Part shown: positions 10,761-19,824 of the stretch, piece by piece
Layout: each line of letters starts with the position of its first letter
Position numbering within the stretch: the first letter of the stretch is position 1
Origin: Ignavibacteria bacterium
GTDB taxonomy: Bacteria; Bacteroidota; Ignavibacteria; Ignavibacteriales; Melioribacteraceae
NCBI GenBank assembly: GCA_027347805.1
Contig: DAIEQP010000175.1
Span: 1 to 47,853, forward strand
Length of the DNA stretch: 47,853 bases
Direction: 5' to 3'
Translations under genes and position numbers: made by a program
Notes under the pieces: generated by a model
What the model was told of the DNA's origin: nothing
Database searches by the model: none
What the model saw: the letters and a program-made list of their open reading frames with translations, nothing else

Positions 10761-11642
10761 TTAACTAATGAGATATGATTCCAATGCTTTGTATACTTTT
10801 TCAATCTGCATTTTTTCGCCGGTCCACAATTCGTATGATTTTGCACCCTGCTCTATAAACATTTTCAACCCTGTAACAACTGTAGCCCCCTGAGATTCAG
10901 CAAGTTTAAGCATTTTTGTTTTTACAGGATTATAAACTACATCGAAAACTATTTGTCCCTTCATGAAAGATTCTTTTATCGTTGTTGCTGAATCATCAAC
11001 ATCAGGATACATTCCCATTGTAGTTGTATTAACAATTAGTTTTGAATCGCGAAAAGTTTCAATCAAATCGGGCGGAACGAGAGGCAAAGATTTAATTTCA
11101 TGAAATACCATTTTGGCAGAAAAATATTCTTTTAGAGATTCTGCAGTCTGCTCTGTACGATTAACAATAGTTATTTCAGCAACTTTAAAATTTCTGATCA
11201 AAGCATAAATAACTCCCCGCGCAGCGCCGCCTGCACCAATCACTGTTACCTTTGCACCGGAAAGTTCATCTTTGTACGGAGTAAGAGATTCAACAATTCC
11301 ATGAACATCAGTATTATATCCTCTAAGAGTTCCCTCATCATTTACAATTGTATTAACCGCACCAATTATACTTGCTTCTTCAGAAACATCTTTTAAAAGA
11401 GGCAGCACTTTCTCTTTTAATGGAACGGTAACATTAAACCCTTTTATCCCTAAAGCTATCATTCCTTTTAACGCATCTTTAAGCGCAGCCGGCGGAACAT
11501 CAAATGGAAGATAAATATAATTTAACCCGGCTAACTCAAAACTAATGTTATGCATTAACGGCGAATAAGAATGCTTTATCGGATGCCCCAGCACTCCAAT
11601 AATTTTTGTGTTTTGATTAAATTTATTCTGAGTCTGTATCAT
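10761..11642 (-). CDS. aroE: Shikimate dehydrogenase
   Basis: GHPIKHSYSPLMHN, GFNVTVPLKE, GAVNT, GYNTD, GAGGAA, DVVYNP. Confidence 0.95.
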   Translation of the reverse strand: MIQTQNKFNQNTKIIGVLGHPIKHSYSPLMHNISFELAGLNYIYLPFDVPPAALKDALKGMIALGIKGFNVTVPLKEKVLPLLKDVSEEASIIGAVNTIVNDEGTLRGYNTDVHGIVESLTPYKDELSGAKVTVIGAGGAARGVIYALIRNFKVAEITIVNRTEQTAESLKEYFSAKMVFHEIKSLPLVPPDLIETFRDSKLIVNTTTMGMYPDVDDSATTIKESFMKGQIVFDVVYNPVKTKMLKLAESQGATVVTGLKMFIEQGAKSYELWTGEKMQIEKVYKALESYLIS

Positions 11643-11645
11643 TTA

Positions 11646-13070
11646 TTATTTTCTATTTTCTTCAATTAATTTAATAAACAATTTTGATGTTTTCACTTCA
11701 GGATATTCATGAGTAAATTTATTCCGGGTGCTTGGATCAATTTGAAAAGCTTTTTTCAAACTGTCAATAGCTTCCGAAGTATGACTCAGTAAAAAATGAA
11801 TCTTTGCCTTCCAATAATAATTATTAGCATTGTCAGGATTCAACTCTATACATTTATCAAACGCATCAATACCTTCCAGCCACTGCCCAACCTCAACATA
11901 TGTTTCTGCCAATTTAGTCCAAGCTTCCAGATTATTTCCATTCAATTCAATTGTTCGCTTATAACTTTGTATAGATTCCTTTAGATATCCTATTGAATAT
12001 TCAAGATCTGCTTTGGCATACCAGGCATCTTCCGGGTTTGTAGTTAAAGTTACAGCATTATTAAAATCTTTCAGTGCAAGCTGGTATTTACCTATCATAT
12101 CAAAACAATAACCTCTTGCTAAAAATGCTTCGTAATATCCGGAATCCAATTTGATTGCTTCGTTGTAGAATTTTATCGCCTCAGTATAAGATCCTTTTTC
12201 CTCATATATCTGCCCGATATTATACAAAATAGTTTCATCCGTCGGGTCCAGATCCATCGCTTTATTGTAAGCATTTAATGCATCATCAGTACGACCCACC
12301 TGTGAATATGAATAACCAAGATTAAACCAGGCGCTAGAAAAATCATCATGAAGGGCAATTGATAATTCAAAACTATTTATAGCACCGGTGTATTTATGCA
12401 GTCTTAGCTGAACAATGCCTTTATTGTACCAACCTGTAAAACTATTTGGATCCAGGTCAAGATATTTATCATATATTGATAAAGCCTGCTCAAGCTGGTC
12501 GGAATTTTCATAACAATATCCAATTTCGTATAATGCTTCAAGATAATTCGGATCTGTTTCGAGCGCTTTAGTAAAATATTCAATTGCTTCATTAAATTTT
12601 TCTTTCTTTTCGTAAAGCACACCGAGATTAAAAAATATTTCTTCATTTGCGGGCTCAATTTCAAGCGCTTTGTTCAACGATTGAAGCGCTTCTTCATATA
12701 GGCCCAAATTATCTTCGGCAATTGATTTATTTAAATATGTATCGACATCATTCGGATTCAAAACCAAAGCTTTCTCAAAGCATTGATATGCTTCATCGAA
12801 AGAAAAAGAATTGTTAAGCAAAATACCTTTGAATTGTAAAATCTCAGAATTGTATGGAACAATCTTCAATACTTCTTCAATTAAAAAAAGTCCCTCATCA
12901 ACATAATCGTAATCAACACACATTTCGATTGTTTCCTCAAAAACTTCCAGTGAGGTGATGACTTGACCATTTTCTATATAATCTTTGCAAATCTTTATTT
13001 TTTCATTCAGTTCCTTCTCGTCATAATTCGAATCATTGTTATTATTCATAAATTCTTGGGAAAAACTCAT
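11646..13070 (-). CDS. Tetratricopeptide repeat protein
   Basis: Continuous 34-aa TPR-like repeats (e.g. AWFNLGYSYSQVGRTDDALNAYNKAMDLDP); 3 nt upstream of aroE. Confidence 0.92.
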   Translation of the reverse strand: MSFSQEFMNNNNDSNYDEKELNEKIKICKDYIENGQVITSLEVFEETIEMCVDYDYVDEGLFLIEEVLKIVPYNSEILQFKGILLNNSFSFDEAYQCFEKALVLNPNDVDTYLNKSIAEDNLGLYEEALQSLNKALEIEPANEEIFFNLGVLYEKKEKFNEAIEYFTKALETDPNYLEALYEIGYCYENSDQLEQALSIYDKYLDLDPNSFTGWYNKGIVQLRLHKYTGAINSFELSIALHDDFSSAWFNLGYSYSQVGRTDDALNAYNKAMDLDPTDETILYNIGQIYEEKGSYTEAIKFYNEAIKLDSGYYEAFLARGYCFDMIGKYQLALKDFNNAVTLTTNPEDAWYAKADLEYSIGYLKESIQSYKRTIELNGNNLEAWTKLAETYVEVGQWLEGIDAFDKCIELNPDNANNYYWKAKIHFLLSHTSEAIDSLKKAFQIDPSTRNKFTHEYPEVKTSKLFIKLIEENRK

Positions 13071-13155
13071 TAAAACTCCTCATTATTTAGGAGAAAATGT
13101 ATGGTTAACAAAAGTGAAAATCAAGTTGGTTTTGATATCAGAAATTCTTAAGGAA

Positions 13156-14364
13156 TTAATTAGTATGTGTTAATAATTCTTTGGAAGAAATTTTTCTAAC
13201 ACCATGCGTAATCTTCAAATTATGAAATGTAAGTTCTCGATGAAATTTATTTTGATAAACTTTACTCATTTGTTCAATGAAATTGTCCGTAAGTTTCTCT
13301 TCAACAATATTAAATACACTTTTAATCGGCGAACAGCTTATCATCTTTGAACAAAGAACCCCGGGCAGCTTTACAGCTTCGGTAACAATGAAATTAGTAT
13401 TGTCATTTGCAATTTCAAAATCGTTCGACAGCCCCCAATGAGATTCCGTAACAAGCACTCCAAAATCTTCAAATTGATTTTTCTTTAAAAACTTTATTGC
13501 AGCTTCAGAGCGCTTTCGTTCATTAACATTATAAAGAACCCTGTTAAATATTTTTCTTGGAAGCATATGATAATGTCTTAAAAGAAATTCTGCTTCAACA
13601 TCTCTAAGATTTTTGATTCCCCAGATGTAAAGTCTTAATCCCTTTACTCCAATCTCACATTCTTCAACTCTTTCATTACAAAGCGCCTGTGGAGCGTTTA
13701 TTGATTCGTTAGTATCGCAGATAACAAGATTAAAATTCCGGTCGCCCAAATTAATCTGGCTGTGTGTTTTATGTCTTAAATCAGTATGAAGAAATTTTCC
13801 TTCCTTGCCATATTGTGTGGTAATATGATGAGCTATGTTAGAAAACTTGCCAATTATATTGAGTTCGTTTTTCCTGATAGAATCGAACAAAATGTTATCG
13901 TCTTCCGACAGAGAAAAAACTTTTTTAATATTATTAACAAATGAGATTTGCATTCCAGCAAGAGATCCCAACCCAAAACAATCAGGCACATTCGATGCAA
14001 TGACGCAATCAAAACCATAATTAATCAATTCCTGGTCGTACAAACTTTTTGTGAGACCGCGGATCAATCTAAATTCTTCACCATCATAGTTATTAATTTT
14101 TTCCAGGGTAGTGCTGAAAAACCGATCCGAATCCGCCGAAGCAATGCAAACTAATTTATCTTTTCTTTTTCTTAAAATATTCACCCAATACCTATTTGCA
14201 CATAACGAAAGTAAAACTCCCTCGTTGTAATGCGTATGATCGCCAAGTAAAATTAAGCTTGCGGGAGAAATCATAATTGAACAATAATCGGAGGAGCCGA
14301 ATACATCTTCAAATTTTTTGATTGCTGAATATACTAATTCCGTATTTCCATTTAATCCGTTCAT
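13156..14364 (-). CDS. Galactokinase-like GHMP family protein with degenerate catalytic motifs
   Basis: SPASLILLGDHTHYNEG resembles the GalK APGRVNLIGEHTDYN signature; NERVEECE, LRDV and ESHWGLSNDFEI match the GalK C-terminal half. Confidence 0.75.
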   Translation of the reverse strand: MNGLNGNTELVYSAIKKFEDVFGSSDYCSIMISPASLILLGDHTHYNEGVLLSLCANRYWVNILRKRKDKLVCIASADSDRFFSTTLEKINNYDGEEFRLIRGLTKSLYDQELINYGFDCVIASNVPDCFGLGSLAGMQISFVNNIKKVFSLSEDDNILFDSIRKNELNIIGKFSNIAHHITTQYGKEGKFLHTDLRHKTHSQINLGDRNFNLVICDTNESINAPQALCNERVEECEIGVKGLRLYIWGIKNLRDVEAEFLLRHYHMLPRKIFNRVLYNVNERKRSEAAIKFLKKNQFEDFGVLVTESHWGLSNDFEIANDNTNFIVTEAVKLPGVLCSKMISCSPIKSVFNIVEEKLTDNFIEQMSKVYQNKFHRELTFHNLKITHGVRKISSKELLTHTN

Positions 14365-14457
14365 GGTTTTCCTGGCTTATCGTAGGAGCAAAGTATTCTT
14401 TTGTCTTATTAAAGATAAGAAAATAGCGCTAATTATGAAAATTCCAGGTGAAGTTTT

Positions 14458-14829
14458 TCAGTTATTGAGAAAATTATTTTTATTGGACTGTAATTTAATA
14501 TGATAAACGATTGGCTGGATTAGGCGTTTCGCCTTCTTTTCGTTGAACAATAAAAATTCTTCCCTGTGCAGAATTCGTGATAGGGCATGAACTGTTGAAG
14601 AAATAATTGAGACAAGATTTGTTTCCGATGCAATCAATTCAATCGGCAGCAAAAACACGGTATCAAATATCGAAGCGTCAACAATTGACTTTAATTCCTT
14701 GAAAGATAAATTTTCAAGCCTGGATTCTTCAGCGAACCGATTTAATTTCTGCCTCATCTTTAATTCAAATTTCATCCTCTCAAGAAGCAGCTGAAGGGCA
14801 TCATTTATTGTTATTTTTATTTCAAGCAT
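14458..14829 (-). CDS. Hypothetical protein
   Basis: 123-aa ATG ORF filling the intergenic space in the same orientation as its neighbours; TATGTTTG promoter-like motif just upstream (14848-14855, minus strand). Confidence 0.7.
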   Translation of the reverse strand: MLEIKITINDALQLLLERMKFELKMRQKLNRFAEESRLENLSFKELKSIVDASIFDTVFLLPIELIASETNLVSIISSTVHALSRILHREEFLLFNEKKAKRLIQPIVYHIKLQSNKNNFLNN

Positions 14830-14883
14830 GGAATACTTTTTTTATTACAAACATAAAAATTGGGAATAAAGTTCTTAGAAATC

Positions 14884-14906
14884 CGGGTGACTCAAAGAGT
14901 CACCCG
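14884..14906 (-). terminator. Terminator-like hairpin downstream of sucC
   Basis: Perfect 10-bp stem CGGGTGACTC-AAA-GAGTCACCCG; short U-tract on the minus strand. Confidence 0.7.
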
Positions 14907-14915
14907 AAAAAGGAC

Positions 14916-16133
14916 CTAAGCTGAAGCTAAAACTGAAGTAACCTTTTGTGCAGCATCCTGTAAACTTGCAGCAACGGCAAAATTTAATCCTGAGTTTTCC
15001 AGCATTTCTTTTGCTTCAATTGCATTTGTACCTTCGAGCCTGACAACAACAGGAATTGTAACAGCAACTTCTTTTACTGCATCGATTACACCCTGTGCAA
15101 CTCTGTCACATCTTACAATTCCGCCAAAAATATTTATAAGAATTGCTTTGACGTTTGGATCTGATAAAATAATTTTAAATCCGTTTGCTACTGTTTCTTT
15201 ATTAGCACCACCACCGACATCCAAAAAATTTGCGGGTTCGCCACCAGCAAGTTTAATTATATCCATTGTTGCCATTGCAAGCCCTGCACCGTTAACCATA
15301 CATCCAACATTTCCATCCAGTTTGATGTAATTCAAATTGTATTTTGAAGCTTCTATTTCAAGAGGAGCTTCTTCATTTAGATCTCTGTAGGCAACAATTT
15401 CTGGGTGACGATAAAGTGCATTATCGTCAAAATTCATTTTAGCATCAAGCGCTACAATTCTATCGTCATTTGTGATGATTAATGGATTTATTTCTAGCAT
15501 TGATGAATCTGTTTCCTCGTATGCTTTATATAGTTTCATAATAAAACTTGTAAAACTTTTAAATGCATTACCGGATAATCCAAGTTCGAATGCAATTTTT
15601 CTTGCCTGATACGATTGAATACCAACGCCAGGTTCAATCCATTCTTTAATAATTTTTTCGGGCGTTTCTTCGGCTACTTTTTCAATTTCAACACCACCTT
15701 CTGTTGAAGCCATAATCACATTTTTGGAAACAGCGCGGTCAAGAAGAATTCCTAGATAAAGCTCTTTTTTATAATCCAAACCCTCTGTAATAAAAAGTGT
15801 TTGCACTATTTTTCCTTCAGGACCGGTTTGATTAGTAACAAGCAGATTTCCAAGCATCTGAGCTGCATAAGCTCTGGCTTTTTCAATATCCGTAGTAAAT
15901 TTTACGCCGCCCTCTAAAATTAATTCTTCCCTATTATGCGGGTTGTATAATTTTCCTTTACCTCTTCCGCCTGCATGTATCTGGGATTTAACAACATATT
16001 GGTTTATTCCCTTCTCTTTAAGCTGTGAAATTGCTGAATCAAAATCATTCAGATGCCGGATGGCGACACCATCCTGAACTGGAACGCCAAATTTCTTAAG
16101 GACTTCCTTTGCTTGGTATTCGTGTATTTTCAT
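14916..16133 (-). CDS. sucC: Succinyl-CoA ligase (ADP-forming) beta subunit
   Basis: [66 protein letters not shown]. Confidence 0.97.
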   Translation of the reverse strand: MKIHEYQAKEVLKKFGVPVQDGVAIRHLNDFDSAISQLKEKGINQYVVKSQIHAGGRGKGKLYNPHNREELILEGGVKFTTDIEKARAYAAQMLGNLLVTNQTGPEGKIVQTLFITEGLDYKKELYLGILLDRAVSKNVIMASTEGGVEIEKVAEETPEKIIKEWIEPGVGIQSYQARKIAFELGLSGNAFKSFTSFIMKLYKAYEETDSSMLEINPLIITNDDRIVALDAKMNFDDNALYRHPEIVAYRDLNEEAPLEIEASKYNLNYIKLDGNVGCMVNGAGLAMATMDIIKLAGGEPANFLDVGGGANKETVANGFKIILSDPNVKAILINIFGGIVRCDRVAQGVIDAVKEVAVTIPVVVRLEGTNAIEAKEMLENSGLNFAVAASLQDAAQKVTSVLASA

Positions 16134-16290
16134 TTCGATTGTACCCTATTTATTCTAAGTCAATTGATTAATGAACTTTTATTGGTGATGTGAAAATACA
16201 AGGTAAATATTGTTTGGGCAAGAGTTACTTTAATTGAACCAAATCATAGTTATCAATTGTTAATTAATTACAAATTTCTTTGAGGCTAAA

Positions 16291-16557
16291 ATGAACAAGA
16301 AACAAAAACTCATATTGAATATTGTTGGATCAATTGTTCTTTCTTCAGTAATTATTTGGATCGCATACGGCAGAGAAATTTTCACTAAAACACAGGTATT
16401 GATAGAGAAAAAGGATGATTTATTCCCTGATATGGTTCAGAAACAATGGATTGACAAATTTGTCTGGGGGCTGGATTTAAGCGGCGCTATCAGCGGTATT
16501 GCTATTCTCACAGGATTCATTTTCTTCTTTCTGTTTCGCACCAAGAAACAGCAATAG
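16291..16557 (+). CDS. Small 2-TM hypothetical membrane protein
   Basis: Two hydrophobic segments flanking a polar loop; GAGG upstream of the ATG. Confidence 0.7.
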   Translation: MNKKQKLILNIVGSIVLSSVIIWIAYGREIFTKTQVLIEKKDDLFPDMVQKQWIDKFVWGLDLSGAISGIAILTGFIFFFLFRTKKQQ

Positions 16558-16603
16558 GCAGGTAAAAATAAACGGATTTAATAAACCAAACACTGGATAC
16601 AAT

Positions 16604-17239
16604 ATGAATAAATATATTTCAACTGGTCTGACATTACTTGTTTTGGTAATATCAATAAACGCACAGGGATTTAAAGTAAAAGCAAAGGGATCCCAGACTT
16701 TTAATTTTGAAGACAAAGGAGGAAGAAATCAGATTTCTTTTTACAGCAAAACTCCCCTTGAAGATATTACTGGAACCGTTAACGCAATTTCGGGATGGGC
16801 AACTTTTGATGTAACAGATTTTGTAAAAACTCTCAAAGGAAAAATTATTGTAAAAGTTGCATCTATGAATACAGGGATTGAACTTAGAAACAATCACATG
16901 AAAAGTGTAAACTGGCTTGATGAAAAAAAATTTCCGGAAATATCATATGAGTTTAACTCTGCTGAATCCGTCAAACAAATTGCCGACAATAAATTATCAT
17001 TCAAAGTAAGAGGAAAGTTCACTTTACATGGAGTTTCAAAAGATGTTGAAGCCGATGGAGAAGCAACTTATCTAGATGAGAACGAACAAACTCAGAAAAG
17101 GGCACCGGGAGATTTGCTTGGTATTCGCTCAAATTTTAAAATAAAACTTTCCGATTTTGATATCGACAACTCAATAATTGGCAGCAAAGTTTCTGAGGTA
17201 ATTGAAGTAAGTGTTAATATAGTAGGATCAAACAAGTAA
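16604..17239 (+). CDS. YceI family periplasmic lipid/polyisoprenoid-binding protein
   Basis: Signal peptide from the ATG at 16604 (MNKYIST...NAQ); SMNTGIELRNNHM, WLDEKKFPEISY, GKFTLHGVSK. Confidence 0.88.
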   Translation: MNKYISTGLTLLVLVISINAQGFKVKAKGSQTFNFEDKGGRNQISFYSKTPLEDITGTVNAISGWATFDVTDFVKTLKGKIIVKVASMNTGIELRNNHMKSVNWLDEKKFPEISYEFNSAESVKQIADNKLSFKVRGKFTLHGVSKDVEADGEATYLDENEQTQKRAPGDLLGIRSNFKIKLSDFDIDNSIIGSKVSEVIEVSVNIVGSNK

Positions 17240-17248
17240 TTAAATCAC

Positions 17249-17278
17249 AACAGTGCTGTTATATTTAACAGCACTGTT
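17249..17278. terminator. Perfect 13-bp inverted repeat between convergent genes (probable bidirectional terminator)
   Basis: AACAGTGCTGTTA-TATT-TAACAGCACTGTT. Confidence 0.65.
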
Positions 17279-17289
17279 ATTATATAATT

Positions 17290-17985
17290 TCATTTTTCTT
17301 TTTTCTTCTCTTCGAAAATACTATCCGGAACACCTTTATTAATTTTATAGTTTGAGTATGTCATTAAAACTGTTCCTTTAATTCTTGTTGGTCGGCCCAT
17401 ATTCTTTTTATTATCATTTTCCTTAGCATTATTCACATCGGGAATTTTAACCTCTCCCATATTGAAAGAAAACTTTAACGTAGCGGGAAGAGGAATCGAC
17501 TTCGCATCGTAACTAAATTCAGTTGTAACAGTGCCTCCATGTTTAGTAGTTGTCTCAACCTTTTTAATTATCGATTCAGCCTGATCGATCCACATTGTTG
17601 ATAAGATCACCTCTGAAGTATCTGCATTTGGAATTATTTTCACTACATCCATTTTTGTTTTATCCACAACTTCGGATCTAACATAGACCGATGTATAATC
17701 TCCCTTTAATAATTGAGCCGGCGAAAAATTCATACTCTGTTTTGGAATCATCGAAAAACCCTTTGGAACAATTTTAAATTTATCCGGCTGCTTAAAATAA
17801 ACAGTGGCAGACGACTCGGGCACTTTAACAAATTCCATATCAAGTTTGGCTACAACATCAACCTGATAATCTTTTACTTTTTCAAAACGATCTTTGACGT
17901 TTTTAAGAATTTTCCCAGCATCTTTATTTTGAGAATAAACAGATGCGGTCAGTATCAACACAAATAACAATAGAATCTTTTTCAT
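17290..17985 (-). CDS. LolA-like periplasmic lipoprotein carrier / sorting protein
   Basis: Signal peptide; VKDYQVD, VYFKQPDKFK, MWID...IIKKVET and the C-terminal YSNYKINKGVPDSIF typical of LolA-fold proteins. Confidence 0.7.
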   Translation of the reverse strand: MKKILLLFVLILTASVYSQNKDAGKILKNVKDRFEKVKDYQVDVVAKLDMEFVKVPESSATVYFKQPDKFKIVPKGFSMIPKQSMNFSPAQLLKGDYTSVYVRSEVVDKTKMDVVKIIPNADTSEVILSTMWIDQAESIIKKVETTTKHGGTVTTEFSYDAKSIPLPATLKFSFNMGEVKIPDVNNAKENDNKKNMGRPTRIKGTVLMTYSNYKINKGVPDSIFEEKKKEK

Positions 17986-17996
17986 AGTAATTCCTT

Positions 17997-18833
17997 TTAG
18001 CTTAGAATATCTTTCTTTATAAATGCCCAGGCAGTTAGTAAATACAAGCCCACAATATGCGCAATGAGTATTAGAGCAGATTTTGCAACTTCGTTAAAAT
18101 CAACAGGATCATTAAAAAACTCATTCCATTGTGTTAGATGTGATGTAAAAAAGTATGGTCTGATGTTTTGTAAAAAATCCACCGGTATTGCAGAAAGAAT
18201 TAAAAAGACAATTATAATTGCCATAGTAGCAACAATAGGGCCTATTGCATTGCTAACCATGGATGAAAAGAATATTGAGATTGCCATTACAGTCAGCATA
18301 CTTAAAATTGTAAAACTGTAGGCCCAGACCATCCGCCATAATATATCGTTGGACGCATAAATAATTATCTTATTCTTCATTGCAATTAACTCGCCGGATC
18401 CAAATAAAAGCAGACTGACACCTAAACTCATTAATCCAATAAAAAGAATAAACAAAAAAGTATAAATTAACCCGGCAAGGTATTTTGCGGTTACCAATCC
18501 TAATCTGCTAACTGGCCTGGTTAAAAGCATTCTGTATGTTCCGGCGGTTGCTTCACCGGCAAATATATCTCCGCCAACTAAAACAATGAGAAAAGGAATG
18601 TGAACAAACATCAGATTCAGAAAGAGATATGCTATAACATAACCATTAAAAAAATTTCCGTTCAGAATAAAAGAATCATTAAGACTTCGTGTAGTTCCCT
18701 GAATATAAGAATCTCTCGTTAGATAAAATGCCAGCTGAATAATTATTGTTAATGCAAGGACAGCCAGGAATCCGATATAAGTTCTCCACTTCCTGAAGAT
18801 TTTTTGCAGTTCAATTGAAATTAAGGTTATCAT
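17997..18833 (-). CDS. ABC-2 type transporter permease
   Basis: About 6 TM segments; FAGEATAGTYRMLLTRPVSR...AKY motif; 4-nt overlap with the ATPase gene. Confidence 0.9.
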   Translation of the reverse strand: MITLISIELQKIFRKWRTYIGFLAVLALTIIIQLAFYLTRDSYIQGTTRSLNDSFILNGNFFNGYVIAYLFLNLMFVHIPFLIVLVGGDIFAGEATAGTYRMLLTRPVSRLGLVTAKYLAGLIYTFLFILFIGLMSLGVSLLLFGSGELIAMKNKIIIYASNDILWRMVWAYSFTILSMLTVMAISIFFSSMVSNAIGPIVATMAIIIVFLILSAIPVDFLQNIRPYFFTSHLTQWNEFFNDPVDFNEVAKSALILIAHIVGLYLLTAWAFIKKDILS

Positions 18834-19753
18834 TTTTCCCCTCCTTCTGTAATCTTAAGGAAGAAATCTTCAAGAGATCTAACCGGAACAACCGCGCTCA
18901 CCATTACTCCCTTTTCATTTAAGAACCTATTAAGATCCGCAACTTCATTTTTCATCATATTGAATTGAACTTCGCTTCTGCTATGATTTTGATAAAACTC
19001 TTTCCACTTACTTTCATTAATAAATTTAATTGTCTCATCAACATTATCAACTTCAACGCTCACACTCATCTTGTCCGTGTTTAATAATTCGTCAACAGTG
19101 CCTTCAACCTGTGTTGTTCCTTTGTTAATTATAATCATTCGTGTGGCAATAATTTCTACTTCTCTTAAAATGTGTGAGGAAAGAAAAATGGTTTTATTTT
19201 TTGTCTTGCTTAAGTATAAAATCAAATCTCTGATCTCTTTCATTCCCTGAGGATCCAATCCGGTTGTCGGTTCATCAAGAATGATAAGTTCGGGATCATG
19301 AAGAAGAGCCTGAGCCAATCCTAATCGTTGTTTCATTCCATGCGAAAATGTTTTCACTTTACTGGAAGCCCGTTTAGCTAAACCAACAAGCTCAAGCATT
19401 TCCATTATTTTTGTCTTTGAAACATCTGCCCCCGAAAGCCTTCCAAGAATTTCTAAATTTTTATACGCTGAGAGATAAAGATAGAAATCCGGCTTCTCCA
19501 CTATTGCGCCTACTTTTCTTAATATTTCGGAACGATGTTTTTCAAGCGGCAAGCCAAGAATTTTAATTTCACCTTCATTCGGCTTAATCAATGAAAGAAG
19601 CATTCTTATAGTTGTGCTTTTACCGGCACCATTGGGTCCTAAAAATCCAAATACATCTCCACGATAAACATTAAGATCCAGATTATTTACAGCAGTAAGG
19701 TTCCGAAATTTTTTGGTAAGACCATGAACTTCGATGATATGTTCAGAGCTCAA
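18830..19753 (-). CDS. ABC transporter ATP-binding protein
   Basis: Walker A GPNGAGKST, signature FSHGMKQR, Walker B ILDEPT, H-loop SSH. Confidence 0.95.
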   Translation of the reverse strand: MSSEHIIEVHGLTKKFRNLTAVNNLDLNVYRGDVFGFLGPNGAGKSTTIRMLLSLIKPNEGEIKILGLPLEKHRSEILRKVGAIVEKPDFYLYLSAYKNLEILGRLSGADVSKTKIMEMLELVGLAKRASSKVKTFSHGMKQRLGLAQALLHDPELIILDEPTTGLDPQGMKEIRDLILYLSKTKNKTIFLSSHILREVEIIATRMIIINKGTTQVEGTVDELLNTDKMSVSVEVDNVDETIKFINESKWKEFYQNHSRSEVQFNMMKNEVADLNRFLNEKGVMVSAVVPVRSLEDFFLKITEGGEK

Positions 19754-19780
19754 ACATCCTCCTTATTTATATTTAAATAA

Positions 19781-19806
19781 GACGGGTGAACAGAAGTTAT
19801 TGTTAC
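19781..19806 (-). promoter_or_regulatory. Putative ECF-sigma promoter for the ABC/LolA-like operon
   Basis: Minus strand GTAAC-N17-CGTC(TTAT), about 28 nt upstream of the ATPase start; fits the AAC...CGT ECF consensus. Confidence 0.45.
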
Positions 19807-19824
19807 AACAACTGTTCACTTTTA

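Noticed and set aside
14916-16133. sucC without adjacent sucD
   Set aside because: Unlinked sucC and sucD are common in FCB-group genomes; not unusual.
16499-16603. N-terminal extension of the YceI ORF
   Set aside because: Overlaps the upstream gene; the ATG at 16604 gives a clean signal peptide.
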